64,000 bases of DNA from Myxococcales bacterium (GTDB lineage: Bacteria; Myxococcota_A; Polyangia; Polyangiales; DASUME01), in assembly GCA_047601445.1 (NCBI GenBank), contig JASGJH010000001.1, positions 4,832,001 through 4,896,000 of the forward strand, written 5' to 3'. The translations under genes were made by a program, and so were the position numbers. Positions within the stretch are counted from its first letter, which is position 1. Every line of letters begins with the position of its first letter. Below the pieces are notes generated by a model, which worked only from the letters and a program-made list of their open reading frames with translations, ran no database searches and was not told where the DNA came from. Shown piece by piece: positions 47,369 to 56,865 of the stretch.

Positions 47369-47959
47369 GTGGCCCGCCGAAAGCGACTCGAGTTACCTGA
47401 GCGCCGAGAACAATTGCTGAACCTCGCGGTGGCGGCGTTCTCCTCGAAAAGCTACGACGAAGTCTCCATCGACGATCTGGCCCAGAGCGCGGGTGTCTCC
47501 AAGGGTCTGCTGTACCACTACTTCCCCAGCAAGCGGGAGCTCTACGTGGCTACCGTGCGGGCGGCAGCCGACCAGCTCATCGAGCGCGTGCTGCCCGACC
47601 CCAGCCTCTCCCTGCGCGACCAGATCACGCGCGGCCTCGACGGCTACCTGAGTTTCGTGGAGCAGAACGCGGCGGCCTACACCTCGTTGATCCAGAGCGG
47701 CATCGGCCACGACGACGAAGTGCTCAACATCATGGACAGCACGCGCATGCGCTTCGTGGGCATCATGCTCGAGCGCGGCGGGCAGACCATGCTGAACCCC
47801 GCCCAGCAGACCCTGCTGCGGGGCTGGGTGGGCATGGTGGAAGCGGCCAGCCTGGACTGGATCAAGCGCCGCTCGATGACGCGCGAGGAGCTCAGCAAGT
47901 TCTTGCTGAAGAGCCTCTTTTACACGCTGCAGCTCGGCATTCCCAAGCGCACTGAGTAG
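47369..47959 (+). CDS. TetR/AcrR-family regulator
   Basis: HTH 'AGVSKGLLYHYFPSK'. Confidence 0.93.
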   Translation: MARRKRLELPERREQLLNLAVAAFSSKSYDEVSIDDLAQSAGVSKGLLYHYFPSKRELYVATVRAAADQLIERVLPDPSLSLRDQITRGLDGYLSFVEQNAAAYTSLIQSGIGHDDEVLNIMDSTRMRFVGIMLERGGQTMLNPAQQTLLRGWVGMVEAASLDWIKRRSMTREELSKFLLKSLFYTLQLGIPKRTE

Positions 47960-47995
47960 CTCCCAAGGCGCGGGTCCTTGCCCGCGCCGCGTTGC

Positions 47996-48769
47996 TCAGG
48001 GCGCCGGGCAGGCCACGGCGCAGCCCTTCTCGTCGGAGCCGTCCTTGCAGCCGAATAGGGAGCTCTTCGCCCCCTCCACGCTGGTGCCGTCACAGCGATA
48101 CTTGGCGGAGATCTTGTCCCCGTCGTCGCAGGTGAACTTCTCGCAGTTGAGCTCGTCGTCGCCCCCCGGACACTTGGCGTCCGAGGCCAACACTCCGTCG
48201 TCGCACACGGCAGTGTGACGAATGCGCGTGACGCCGTCGGCGCACAAGAAGCCGTCGGCGGGGTGGGTGTTGCAGGCCTTGGTGCAGTTGCTGAACGCGT
48301 TGACGACGCCACCGCAGAAAGCGTTCTTGAGGTTGGAGCAGCTGGCGCTGGTAATGCACGAGCCGACGCAGCGGTCGTAGTTGTCCTCGACCTTGCCCGC
48401 GTTGAACGGGCCGGCTCCGACCACCACCTCACACTTGCGCAACTTGGCCTCGACCGCGAGCGCCAGCCGATCGTCCGCGCTGATCACCGAGCCATCGGGA
48501 CCTGCGTCCTGGCCGGCGTCGGGCAGTCCTTCGAACGGGTCCACGATGATCTCGGCATCGGCCCCGGCGTCCATGTTCTGCTGGTCACCATCGCCGCCCC
48601 CATCGGAGCCGGTCTGGTCGTCGCCGTCCCCCTCGGTCCCGCCGTCGAGGTTGCCATTCGCGTCGCCGTCGCCCTGATCGCCATCGCCGTGGCCCGAGGT
48701 GTCCTTGTTGGGCTTGGAGTCGTCGCCGCCGCAGGCGCTGACCAGGAGGGAGAGGGCCAACATCGCCAT
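47996..48769 (-). CDS. Cys-rich lipoprotein with two LDL-receptor class A-like modules
   Basis: Lipobox VSAC, Asp/Gly linker, 'FLCADG...CDD...CPGGDDELNC' and 'FTCDDG..I....RCDG...CKDGSDEKGC'. Confidence 0.8.
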   Translation of the reverse strand: MAMLALSLLVSACGGDDSKPNKDTSGHGDGDQGDGDANGNLDGGTEGDGDDQTGSDGGGDGDQQNMDAGADAEIIVDPFEGLPDAGQDAGPDGSVISADDRLALAVEAKLRKCEVVVGAGPFNAGKVEDNYDRCVGSCITSASCSNLKNAFCGGVVNAFSNCTKACNTHPADGFLCADGVTRIRHTAVCDDGVLASDAKCPGGDDELNCEKFTCDDGDKISAKYRCDGTSVEGAKSSLFGCKDGSDEKGCAVACPAP

Positions 48770-49103
48770 CAAACGGGAGTTGCTGCGCACGAGATACCTG
48801 CGGGGCAACGCCTCGGACGGACCGAGGCGAGCGGAGAGGGGGGTACAACCGGATCCGCCACACGCGGCTCCAGGGCCGCGAAGGCGTACCACTTGGTGAG
48901 TGGGGTGAGGGACCGCGATTTATGACCTGAGAGGCCACCCGCTCGACCCGAGTGCACAAAGCGTGAGCCGAAGCACCGCGCTTACGGCCCCGGACGCGTC
49001 CTGACACGCCTGCTCACACGGCCAGCGGTGAGCGAGCCAACGGACCCCTCCGCCATTCGCGCGGACCGAGCGCCCCTTCGCGGAGCGCCAGGGGCCGGCA
49101 AGC

Positions 49104-50180
49104 TCAGCCAGGCAATCGATCGAGACGCCGCGTGCTCGGGATTTCCAGCACGAAGTCGGCTCCGAACGCCAGCGCCGGGGTGAAGGCACCCGACAGCTTG
49201 AGGTCCAGCACCTTCTCGGCGATGCGCACGCCGGCCACCGCCGTGAAGTCGTAGCCCTCGAGCGTCTCCAGCCAGGCTTCCGCGACCTGTCCCCGGGGGT
49301 TCTCCGCGCGCGCCCAGACGTAGGAACGACCGCGCTCGCGTGCCTGCTGATTCGGCCCCTGCACCTTCTGTTCGATGGCCTGCATCACGCGCTGCTTGAC
49401 CGGCTCCGCGCCGAGCACGCTGCGCGTCAGCGGCGAGGCCAGATCCTGCAACCACCAGGTGCTCGACATCAGCTTCGCCATGTTGGCCGGGAAGGCCATG
49501 TAGGTGGTGATATCGGGCACGCCCGTGGTGCGATACGCGGTCACAAGGTCGCCCCACGGAATCGGCATCACGCTGCGCTCGCGATCGCTGAAGCGGACCT
49601 TGCGCACGCCCTTGCCCATCGGGTGCGCCACCAGCGCGCCGTTTCTGCGCAGCAGTCCGCCGCGCAGCATGCCTTCGAAGCTCGACTTGGTGGTGCCGGG
49701 ACTCGGTCTGCCGATGGCGGCGATGGCGATCTCCAGCTTGCTGGCGCCCTCGACGCGCCCCACCACATGCGCCGCCAAGCAGTCGGTGGGCACCACGTCG
49801 AAGCCCACGCCCGACATCAGCAGCACGCCGCGCGCCTTCGCCTCGGCATCCTGCGCCAACGTGTGCTCGAAGACCGGGATCTCACCGGTGATGTCCAAGT
49901 AGTGCGCGCCCACCCCGAGGCAGCCGCGAATCATGGCAGCGCTGGTGTCCACGAAGGGTCCCGCCGCGTGCAGCACGAGGCGCATCCCTTCGAGTCCTCG
50001 CCGCACCGCGGCCGCATCGTTCAAGTCGAACGCCGCCCAGGGCAATCCCAGGCGTTGCGCGAGGGGCTTGAGCTTGTGCTCCGAACGCCCGGCGAGCACT
50101 GGCCGATGGCCGCGCTTGATCGCTTCTTCTGCCAACAGCTCACCGGTGTAGCCGTTGGCCCCGTAGATCATGAAGGCCAC
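49104..50180 (-). CDS. Saccharopine dehydrogenase-like oxidoreductase
   Basis: 'IYGANGYTG', 'AGPF', 'YLDITGE', 'GFDVVPTDC'. Confidence 0.9.
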   Translation of the reverse strand: MAFMIYGANGYTGELLAEEAIKRGHRPVLAGRSEHKLKPLAQRLGLPWAAFDLNDAAAVRRGLEGMRLVLHAAGPFVDTSAAMIRGCLGVGAHYLDITGEIPVFEHTLAQDAEAKARGVLLMSGVGFDVVPTDCLAAHVVGRVEGASKLEIAIAAIGRPSPGTTKSSFEGMLRGGLLRRNGALVAHPMGKGVRKVRFSDRERSVMPIPWGDLVTAYRTTGVPDITTYMAFPANMAKLMSSTWWLQDLASPLTRSVLGAEPVKQRVMQAIEQKVQGPNQQARERGRSYVWARAENPRGQVAEAWLETLEGYDFTAVAGVRIAEKVLDLKLSGAFTPALAFGADFVLEIPSTRRLDRLPG

Positions 50181-50196
50181 GTGTGCTCGCTTTCTG

Positions 50197-51726
50197 TCAG
50201 GAACGCAGCTCGCGCTTCAGGATCTTGCCCGTGGCCGTCTTGGGCAACGACTCGCGGAACTCCACCTGGCGCGGGTACTTGTAGGCCGCAAGCTTCTCCT
50301 TGCAGTAGGCGATGATTTCCTCTGCGGTGGCCTTGTGACCCGGCTTGAGGGCCAGCACGGCCTTTACCTCTTCACCGTGACTCTCGTGCTTGACGCCGAT
50401 GACGGCAGCCTCGAGCACGGCGGGGTGCGCGTAGAGGAGCTCTTCGATCTCACGCGGGTACACGTTGAAGCCGCCGCGGATGATCATGTCCTTCTTGCGA
50501 TCGACGATGAAGTAGTAGCCATCCGCATCGCGGTGCGCGACGTCTCCGGTCGAGAACCAGCCCTCCTTGAGCACCTCTGCGGTGGCCTCGGGGCGCTTGT
50601 AGTAGCCCTTCATCACGTTGGGGCCCTTGATGCAGATCTCGCCGGGCACCATGGGCTCGGTGATGGTGGCGCCCTGTTCGTCGATTAGCTTGAACTCCAC
50701 GTAGCCGATCGGAACGCCGATGCTGCCGGCCTTCTTGGGCCGCCCCAGCAGGTTGAAGCTCGCCACCGGAGAGGTCTCGCTCAGGCCGTACCCCTCGAGC
50801 ACGTTCACGTTGTACTTCTGATCGAAGGCCTTCATGACCTCCACCGGCATCGCGGAGCCGCCGGAGAGGCAGTACTGCAAGCTCGTCAGGTCGTACTGCG
50901 AGGCCTCCGGGTAGTTCAGCAGCGCGAAGTACATCGTGGGCACGCCGGCAAACAGCGTGACCTTGTACTTGTGCATGAGCTCGAAGGCTTGCTTGGGCTC
51001 GAAGCGCGGCAAGAGCACGAGCGTGCCACCCACCCGCAGCGTGGCGTTGTGCACGCAAGTCTGACCGAAACTGTGGAACAGCGGCAGCACCGCGAGGGCG
51101 ACCGAGGTGTCCGTGGCGGGCGAGAGCGTCGTGGAGGCGTACTCGGCGTTGTAGAAGAGGTTGAAGTGAGAGAGCTCGGCGCCCTTGGGTCGCCCCGTGG
51201 TGCCGGACGTGTAGAGGATGACCGCGGTCTCGTCGGGGGCGGTGTCGGCGAGCTCCGTGCGCGGAGTGCCCGCCGCGATCAGGGCCGTCATGTTGTGCGC
51301 TCCCTCGGGCGCACTGATGTCCGTGGGGTTGGCCTTGACCACGATCAAGTGCTTGCAGGTGTCCACGCGCGCAAAGCCCGCCATGCCTGCTTCGAGGAAG
51401 CCCTCCCACACCACGAGCGCCACGGCGTCCGAGTCCTCGAGATGGTAGGCCACCTCGTCTCCCGTGAGCAGCACGTTGAGCGGCACCACAGGCGCGCCGA
51501 TGTAGTGAGCCGCGAAGTAGGCCACGGTGAACTGCGGCACGTTGGGCAGCATCAGCGCCACGTGCTGACCGCGCTTGATCCCGAGCTTCTCGAGCGAGCC
51601 GGCGAACTTCTGCACGTAGGCGTGGACGAGCTCGTACGGGAGCACCGTGTCCGCGACGATCAACGCCGGCTTCTTGGGAAACTTCTTGGCGCTTTCGCGC
51701 AGGAACGAGGCCAAATTCAGCGACAT
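50197..51726 (-). CDS. Long-chain fatty-acid--CoA ligase
   Basis: 'YTSGTTGRPKG', 'EGYGLSET', 'TGD', 'LPKTATGK'. Confidence 0.95.
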   Translation of the reverse strand: MSLNLASFLRESAKKFPKKPALIVADTVLPYELVHAYVQKFAGSLEKLGIKRGQHVALMLPNVPQFTVAYFAAHYIGAPVVPLNVLLTGDEVAYHLEDSDAVALVVWEGFLEAGMAGFARVDTCKHLIVVKANPTDISAPEGAHNMTALIAAGTPRTELADTAPDETAVILYTSGTTGRPKGAELSHFNLFYNAEYASTTLSPATDTSVALAVLPLFHSFGQTCVHNATLRVGGTLVLLPRFEPKQAFELMHKYKVTLFAGVPTMYFALLNYPEASQYDLTSLQYCLSGGSAMPVEVMKAFDQKYNVNVLEGYGLSETSPVASFNLLGRPKKAGSIGVPIGYVEFKLIDEQGATITEPMVPGEICIKGPNVMKGYYKRPEATAEVLKEGWFSTGDVAHRDADGYYFIVDRKKDMIIRGGFNVYPREIEELLYAHPAVLEAAVIGVKHESHGEEVKAVLALKPGHKATAEEIIAYCKEKLAAYKYPRQVEFRESLPKTATGKILKRELRS

Positions 51727-51749
51727 GGTGAGTTCCCCTGGAGTGAGAT

Positions 51750-52565
51750 TCAGACAGCTTTTTCGCGACGACGCATTTGCTGGCGGGTCGCAGCACCCGC
51801 CAAGTCCACCATCAACGACGGCACGGCGCGCTTGGCCACTGCCATCAGCTTGGAATCGGCGCCCACGTAGACACGTCGCTTGTTGCGCTCGACGCCATCG
51901 AGGATGACGTTGGCAGCCTGGGCGGCCGAGGTGCGCGCGATGCGATCGAACATCTTGGCGTCGCCCTTGCTCGCCCCGCGCGAGTTGCGCACGATGTTCG
52001 TCTTGATGCCGCCGGGGTGCACGCAGGTGGTGCGGATGGCGCTGCCCTCGAGCTCCTGCATCAGCGTCTCCGACAGTCCGAGCACGCCGTACTTGGAGAT
52101 GTTGTAGGGCCCGTTCAAGGCGAACGGCACCATCGCGTTGATGCTCGAGATATTCACGATGTGACCCGCGCCGCGCTGGCGGAACAGGGGCAAGAACGAC
52201 TTCACGCCGTAGATCACGCCCCACAAGTTCACGTTGATCACGAACTCGAAGTCCTCGTAGGAGATCTCCTCCAGACTCGCGCGGGCCGTCACACCCGCGT
52301 TGTTGATGATGCCGTCGGCACCACCGTGCTGGCTCGACACCTCCTGCGCGTAGCGCTCCACCGAGGCGCGATCGCTCACATCGACCACGTGACTCGAGCG
52401 CTGCCCGGGGCCGCGCAGCATGCCGAGCGTCTCGGCGAGTCCAGCCTGGTCCACGTCGGAGAGGGCCACGTGGGCGCCGCGCTTGGCGAGTTCGACGGCG
52501 AGCGCGCGACCGATGCCCGAGGCAGCTCCCGTGACCGCGAACACCTTGCCAGCCAAACGAGTCAT
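51750..52565 (-). CDS. Short-chain dehydrogenase/reductase
   Basis: 'TGAASGIG', 'NNAG', YxxxK 'YNISK'. Confidence 0.93.
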   Translation of the reverse strand: MTRLAGKVFAVTGAASGIGRALAVELAKRGAHVALSDVDQAGLAETLGMLRGPGQRSSHVVDVSDRASVERYAQEVSSQHGGADGIINNAGVTARASLEEISYEDFEFVINVNLWGVIYGVKSFLPLFRQRGAGHIVNISSINAMVPFALNGPYNISKYGVLGLSETLMQELEGSAIRTTCVHPGGIKTNIVRNSRGASKGDAKMFDRIARTSAAQAANVILDGVERNKRRVYVGADSKLMAVAKRAVPSLMVDLAGAATRQQMRRREKAV

Positions 52566-53644
52566 GCGCTCTCTCTTGTCTTGGGACGGTTCGCGAGGGT
52601 CGCGAGGAAGTTGCGGGTCATGTCGGCCACTCCGATCAGCGCGGCCTCACAGGCGGGGCTCAGTCCGGTCATGTTGATGAAACCGTGAATGAGGTCCGGG
52701 ACACGGTGCAGGCGCGTGGTCACGCCGGCTTTTCGAAGCGCACTTTCGTACGCCTCCCCCTCGTCGCGCAAGGGGTCAAAGCCCGCCGTGACCACGAAGG
52801 CCGGGCTCAGGCCGCTCAGGTCCGGGGCGAAGATGGGCCCGAGGCGAGGATCCCGCGGGTTCGACCCGGGAGCGTAGGTCTTGTACGTGTAGTCGATGTC
52901 GCGCCGGCTGAGGAAAAAGCCCTCCGCGAACAGCTCGAGCGAGCGATAGGGATTGACGCGGTCGACCGCCGGATAGAGCAGCAACTGCAGCACGGGCAAG
53001 GGCTTCTGGTTTTGCTTGGCGAGCTGGCTGACCACGGCGGCCAGGTTGCCGCCCGCGCTGTCTCCGCCCACGAGGATCTGCGCGGGGTCCGCGCCCAGCG
53101 CGGCCGCGTTCTCGAGCGCCCAGAGGTAACCTGCGTAGGCATCCTCGAGCCCCGCCGGGAACGGGTGCTCCGGGGCCAAGCGGTACTCCACCGAGAGCAC
53201 GTGCACGCCCGCGTACTTCGCGAGGTAGCGACAGGGCTGATCGTGGGTGTCGAGGTCCCCGAACAAGAAGCCGCCGCCGTGGAAGAACACCAGCAGCGGT
53301 CGCACGCCGAGTTCGCTGGACACGTAGTGCCGCACGCGCATCGGCCCCGCAGCGCCGGGAATCTCGAACGTGCGCACGGGCCCCACCTGGAGCTTGGGAC
53401 CGGCGGAAAGGCGCGACTCACGGCGCATCATCGCGCGCGCGTGCTTTACGGACACCTCGTGCCAGGCCTTGCCACCGGTGACCGGCCGCAAGGCAAGCAT
53501 GAGCTGGAGGTCCGGGGATAGCGCGAGTCCGTCCACCAACCGGGTGTGGGCGGGCAACACCCGCTGCGAATAGGGAGAGAGGCGCGAGAGCAGTCCGCGC
53601 GCGCCCTCGAATTGCAGGCGCTCCGCCAGCGTGCGCTCAGCCAT
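52562..53644 (-). CDS. Alpha/beta hydrolase (HSL-family esterase)
   Basis: HGGG, GDSAG, 'DPLRDEG', HGF. Confidence 0.93.
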   Translation of the reverse strand: MAERTLAERLQFEGARGLLSRLSPYSQRVLPAHTRLVDGLALSPDLQLMLALRPVTGGKAWHEVSVKHARAMMRRESRLSAGPKLQVGPVRTFEIPGAAGPMRVRHYVSSELGVRPLLVFFHGGGFLFGDLDTHDQPCRYLAKYAGVHVLSVEYRLAPEHPFPAGLEDAYAGYLWALENAAALGADPAQILVGGDSAGGNLAAVVSQLAKQNQKPLPVLQLLLYPAVDRVNPYRSLELFAEGFFLSRRDIDYTYKTYAPGSNPRDPRLGPIFAPDLSGLSPAFVVTAGFDPLRDEGEAYESALRKAGVTTRLHRVPDLIHGFINMTGLSPACEAALIGVADMTRNFLATLANRPKTRESA

Positions 53645-55217
53645 GGTTCGCTCGCTTGGCCGGGCTCACACCTCGCGTGACGCGCGAGACCAACGGCAAC
53701 ACCCGACCCAGGCCGGAGCTACGCCCCTCCCGCGGTGCGCGCTTGGAGTCGCGCCGACGCGACAGGACGTACTCCTCGGGCCGGAAGCGAGCCTGCTGCA
53801 TGAACGAGAAGGTGAAGCTCGGCCAGAGCGTCGAGTTGCGTCCGGTCTGATCGAGGTACCAGCTCTGGCAACCTCCGGAGGTCCAGACCGTCCCCTTCAT
53901 GTCGCGGTCCACTGCATCCACGAACTTCTGCTGCGCTTCGGGACGCACTTCCACCAGCTCCTGATGGTTTTGCTTCATGTGCTGGACGGCCTCGATGATC
54001 AGCCGCAGTTGCGCTTCGATCATCAGCACCACCGAGGTGTGACCGAGACCCGTGTTGGGGCCCAGCACCACGAACAGATTCGGGAACCCCTTCACCGTGG
54101 TGCCCAGGTGCGCCTGAGGACTGCCCTGCCAGGTCTCGTTCAAGGAGCGTCCGTCGCGGCCGTAGACGGTGCTGGCAAAGGGCATCTCGGTGACCTGGAA
54201 ACCCGTGCCGTAGATGATGGCGTCCACCGGATGCTCGATGCCGTCGGCCGTGACCACCGAGTGCTCGCGAACCTCGACGATGCCGTCGGTGACGACCTCG
54301 ACGTTGGGGTTGGTGAGCGAGCGCAGGTAGTCGCGCGAGATGAGGATGCGCTTGCAGCCGATGCGGAAGTCGGGCGTGAGCTTCTTGCGCAGCACCGGGT
54401 CGGGCACGGAGCGCTCCAGGTAGCTGAGGGCGAACTTCTCGAGCCAGCCGAAGACCTTCGGGTTACGCAGCCCGAGCACGAAGGCCTCGCGACGCGCGTA
54501 GATGGCCTTGCGCATGGCTTGCTGCGCCGCCGGGAACTTGCGGAAGAGCTCCTTCTCGGTCTCGGTCACGGCGCGGTCGAGGCGCGGCAGGACCCAGGCG
54601 GGAGTGCGCTGGAACAGGGTGAGCTTCGCGACCTGCTTCTGAATCTCGGGCACGAACTGAATCGCCGAAGCTCCCGTGCCGATGACGGCCACGCGCTTGC
54701 CCTTGAGGTCGTAGGAGTGGTCCCAGCGCGCCGAGTGGAACTGCTTGCCCTGGAAGGTCTCGAGCCCCTTGAGCTTGGGGATGGAAGGCTCACAAAGCGC
54801 GCCCATGCCGCTGATGAGGATGTCTGCGGTGTACTCGCCGTGCGAGGTCTGCACGCGCCAGACTTGGTCCTTGTCGTCCCAGCGCGAGCTGTGAATCTCG
54901 TGGCCGAAGCGGATGTGCGGGAGGATGCCGTAGTCGTGGGCGCACTTGCGGAGGTAGGCGTAGATCTCCGGCTGCGGCGAGAACAGACGCGACCACTCGG
55001 GGTTGGGGGCGAACGAGAAGGAGTACAGATGGGACTCCACGTCGCACGCGCAGCCCGGATAGGAGTTGTCGCGCCAGGTGCCGCCGACGTCGGCCGCGCG
55101 CTCGAGGATCATGAAGTCGTCGATGCCGGCTTGCTTGAGCAGAATGGCGGCGCCGAGTCCGGCGAAACCGGTGCCGGCGATCCCGATGTGCACGTGCCTG
55201 GTCGCGTCGTAGGTCAC
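53637..55217 (-). CDS. Baeyer-Villiger-type flavin monooxygenase
   Basis: 'GGTWRDNSYPG', FxGxxxHxxxW 'FQGKQFHSARW', 'GTGASA'; GTG start after AAGGAG. Confidence 0.93.
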   Translation of the reverse strand: MTYDATRHVHIGIAGTGFAGLGAAILLKQAGIDDFMILERAADVGGTWRDNSYPGCACDVESHLYSFSFAPNPEWSRLFSPQPEIYAYLRKCAHDYGILPHIRFGHEIHSSRWDDKDQVWRVQTSHGEYTADILISGMGALCEPSIPKLKGLETFQGKQFHSARWDHSYDLKGKRVAVIGTGASAIQFVPEIQKQVAKLTLFQRTPAWVLPRLDRAVTETEKELFRKFPAAQQAMRKAIYARREAFVLGLRNPKVFGWLEKFALSYLERSVPDPVLRKKLTPDFRIGCKRILISRDYLRSLTNPNVEVVTDGIVEVREHSVVTADGIEHPVDAIIYGTGFQVTEMPFASTVYGRDGRSLNETWQGSPQAHLGTTVKGFPNLFVVLGPNTGLGHTSVVLMIEAQLRLIIEAVQHMKQNHQELVEVRPEAQQKFVDAVDRDMKGTVWTSGGCQSWYLDQTGRNSTLWPSFTFSFMQQARFRPEEYVLSRRRDSKRAPREGRSSGLGRVLPLVSRVTRGVSPAKRANHG

Positions 55218-55262
55218 TGGAGAACTCCTTGGGCTGCCAGGCGTTCGCGGTGCGGTACGGCC

Positions 55263-55298
55263 TGGTACCAACGCATCATGGTACCAACTCGTACCAAG
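55263..55298. promoter_or_regulatory. Putative operator repeats in the BVMO/TetR divergent promoter
   Basis: TGGTACCAAC at 55263 and 55279 plus CGTACCAAG at 55290; core TGGTACCA is palindromic; next to an AT-rich tract. Confidence 0.55.
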
Positions 55299-55444
55299 AT
55301 CAAGAGCCTTCTGCACACATCGACGCCTATGGAATTTTAGTAAATAATTTCATGAATTTGACACAATCAGACAATGATCGTTGTCAGAAATGTCAGGGTT
55401 GACTTGAGGCGATTGACGTGCAGTATGGTACGTAGAAGTACCTG

Positions 55445-56119
55445 ATGGCCGCTCCTAGCTCCACGCGCCCACCGAGCGCTCCGATCGTTCCGTTGGTCGA
55501 CCCGACCGCGGAGCAGGATCATCGCACTCGCCTGATCCACGCGATGGTCGCCGCGGCCACCGAGCGCGGCTACGCCGACGCCACCATCGCCGACGTGGTC
55601 CGCCATGCCCACGTCTCCAAGCGCACGTTCTACGAGCACTTTCCGGACAAAGAGTCGTGCTTCCTCGCCGCCTACCTCGCCGTGGCCGCCGAGCTGCTCG
55701 CGCGGATCGCCACCGCATCGGCGCAGGAGACCGGGATCGAAGAGCGCATCGTGGCCGCCGCCAGGGCCTACTTCGCGGCCCTCGAGGAGCGTCCGCAACT
55801 CACGCGCACGTTCCTCTCGGACATTCACGCGGCGGGCCCCAAGGCGTTGGAACTGCGTCGGCGTATTCATCAGCAATTCGCGGACACGCTGCGCCACTTG
55901 GTGGACGCCGAGCGCGTGCACCTGCCGGGTGTGCGGCCGCTCTCGCGTGAGATGGCCACCGCCATCGTCGGCGGCATCAACGAGCTGATCCTGCTGGCCT
56001 TCGACGAAGGCCGCGGTGAGCGCCTGCATGAGGTGGCGGACGCCGCCATTCAGCTGGTCTTCGCGGTGCTCAAGACCTTGCCCGAAGACGCGAATCCGCG
56101 GCTGCCCATCCCGAGGTAG
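55445..56119 (+). CDS. TetR/AcrR-family regulator
   Basis: 'AHVSKRTFYEHFPDK' HTH; divergent from the BVMO operon. Confidence 0.93.
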   Translation: MAAPSSTRPPSAPIVPLVDPTAEQDHRTRLIHAMVAAATERGYADATIADVVRHAHVSKRTFYEHFPDKESCFLAAYLAVAAELLARIATASAQETGIEERIVAAARAYFAALEERPQLTRTFLSDIHAAGPKALELRRRIHQQFADTLRHLVDAERVHLPGVRPLSREMATAIVGGINELILLAFDEGRGERLHEVADAAIQLVFAVLKTLPEDANPRLPIPR

Positions 56120-56127
56120 TCGACCAG

Positions 56128-56172
56128 CGGCGAGCGGTTGGCCGGCGAGCGGTTGGCCGGCGAGCGGATGGC
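56128..56172. repeat. 15-bp intergenic tandem repeat, three copies
   Basis: CGGCGAGCGG(T/A)TGGC three times between convergent genes. Confidence 0.85.
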
Positions 56173-56202
56173 TGCTCGCGGATGGCCGATGGCGGCAAGG
56201 CT

Positions 56203-56736
56203 CTAAAGAACGTTCAACAAGCGCTTGGAGATTTCGAAGCGGCCCGCGGAACGCGCCGCGCGGGACGATTCGGATGACGTCGCGTGCACTTCCACCACGA
56301 TTTTGCCGGGCTCGCTTCCAGCTTCCACGAACTTCACCAGCAGCCCTTCGGGCAGGCGCGCGCCGTCTGCGCCGTCTGTGCTGCTCGACACGGCCTCGCC
56401 GTCTTGCACCACCACATCGTCCTTGAGCTTGGCCCAGCGGAACGAGCGGGCCTGGCTGAGCGGCAGCCGAAGCTCCTCCACCGCAATGGTCCGTGCGTCC
56501 GAGAGCTCGTCGAGGTGAGTCACCTCCCCTACCTTGTTCGCGCGCCCGGAGTCCACCACGTAGAAGCTCAGTAGAAAGCGCTCGCCCTGCTTGCGGATCA
56601 GCGCCAACCCGCCGTCCGCCGAGCGTGCGTAGAACGGCGGCAAGAGCTCGCCTGACTCCCGCGCTAGGTCGTATTTCCCCAGCAGTTCTGCTTCGCTGGC
56701 GATGCTCAGAACCGAGTCGGATGCGTGTTTGGCCAT
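56203..56736 (-). CDS. Hypothetical protein
   Basis: AGGAG RBS, ATG start, 177 aa of plausible composition. Confidence 0.65.
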   Translation of the reverse strand: MAKHASDSVLSIASEAELLGKYDLARESGELLPPFYARSADGGLALIRKQGERFLLSFYVVDSGRANKVGEVTHLDELSDARTIAVEELRLPLSQARSFRWAKLKDDVVVQDGEAVSSSTDGADGARLPEGLLVKFVEAGSEPGKIVVEVHATSSESSRAARSAGRFEISKRLLNVL

Positions 56737-56865
56737 CTGGCACTGCTCCTAGGGTCGGCCCAGCTCGCGGGGAAAGCCCCGAGACAAAGAGCCTCTTCTG
56801 CTCCGTTAACATCGCTGGGCGCGAGGGATTCCTTCCCTCGCACGCTCACGCACGAGAAATCGGCG

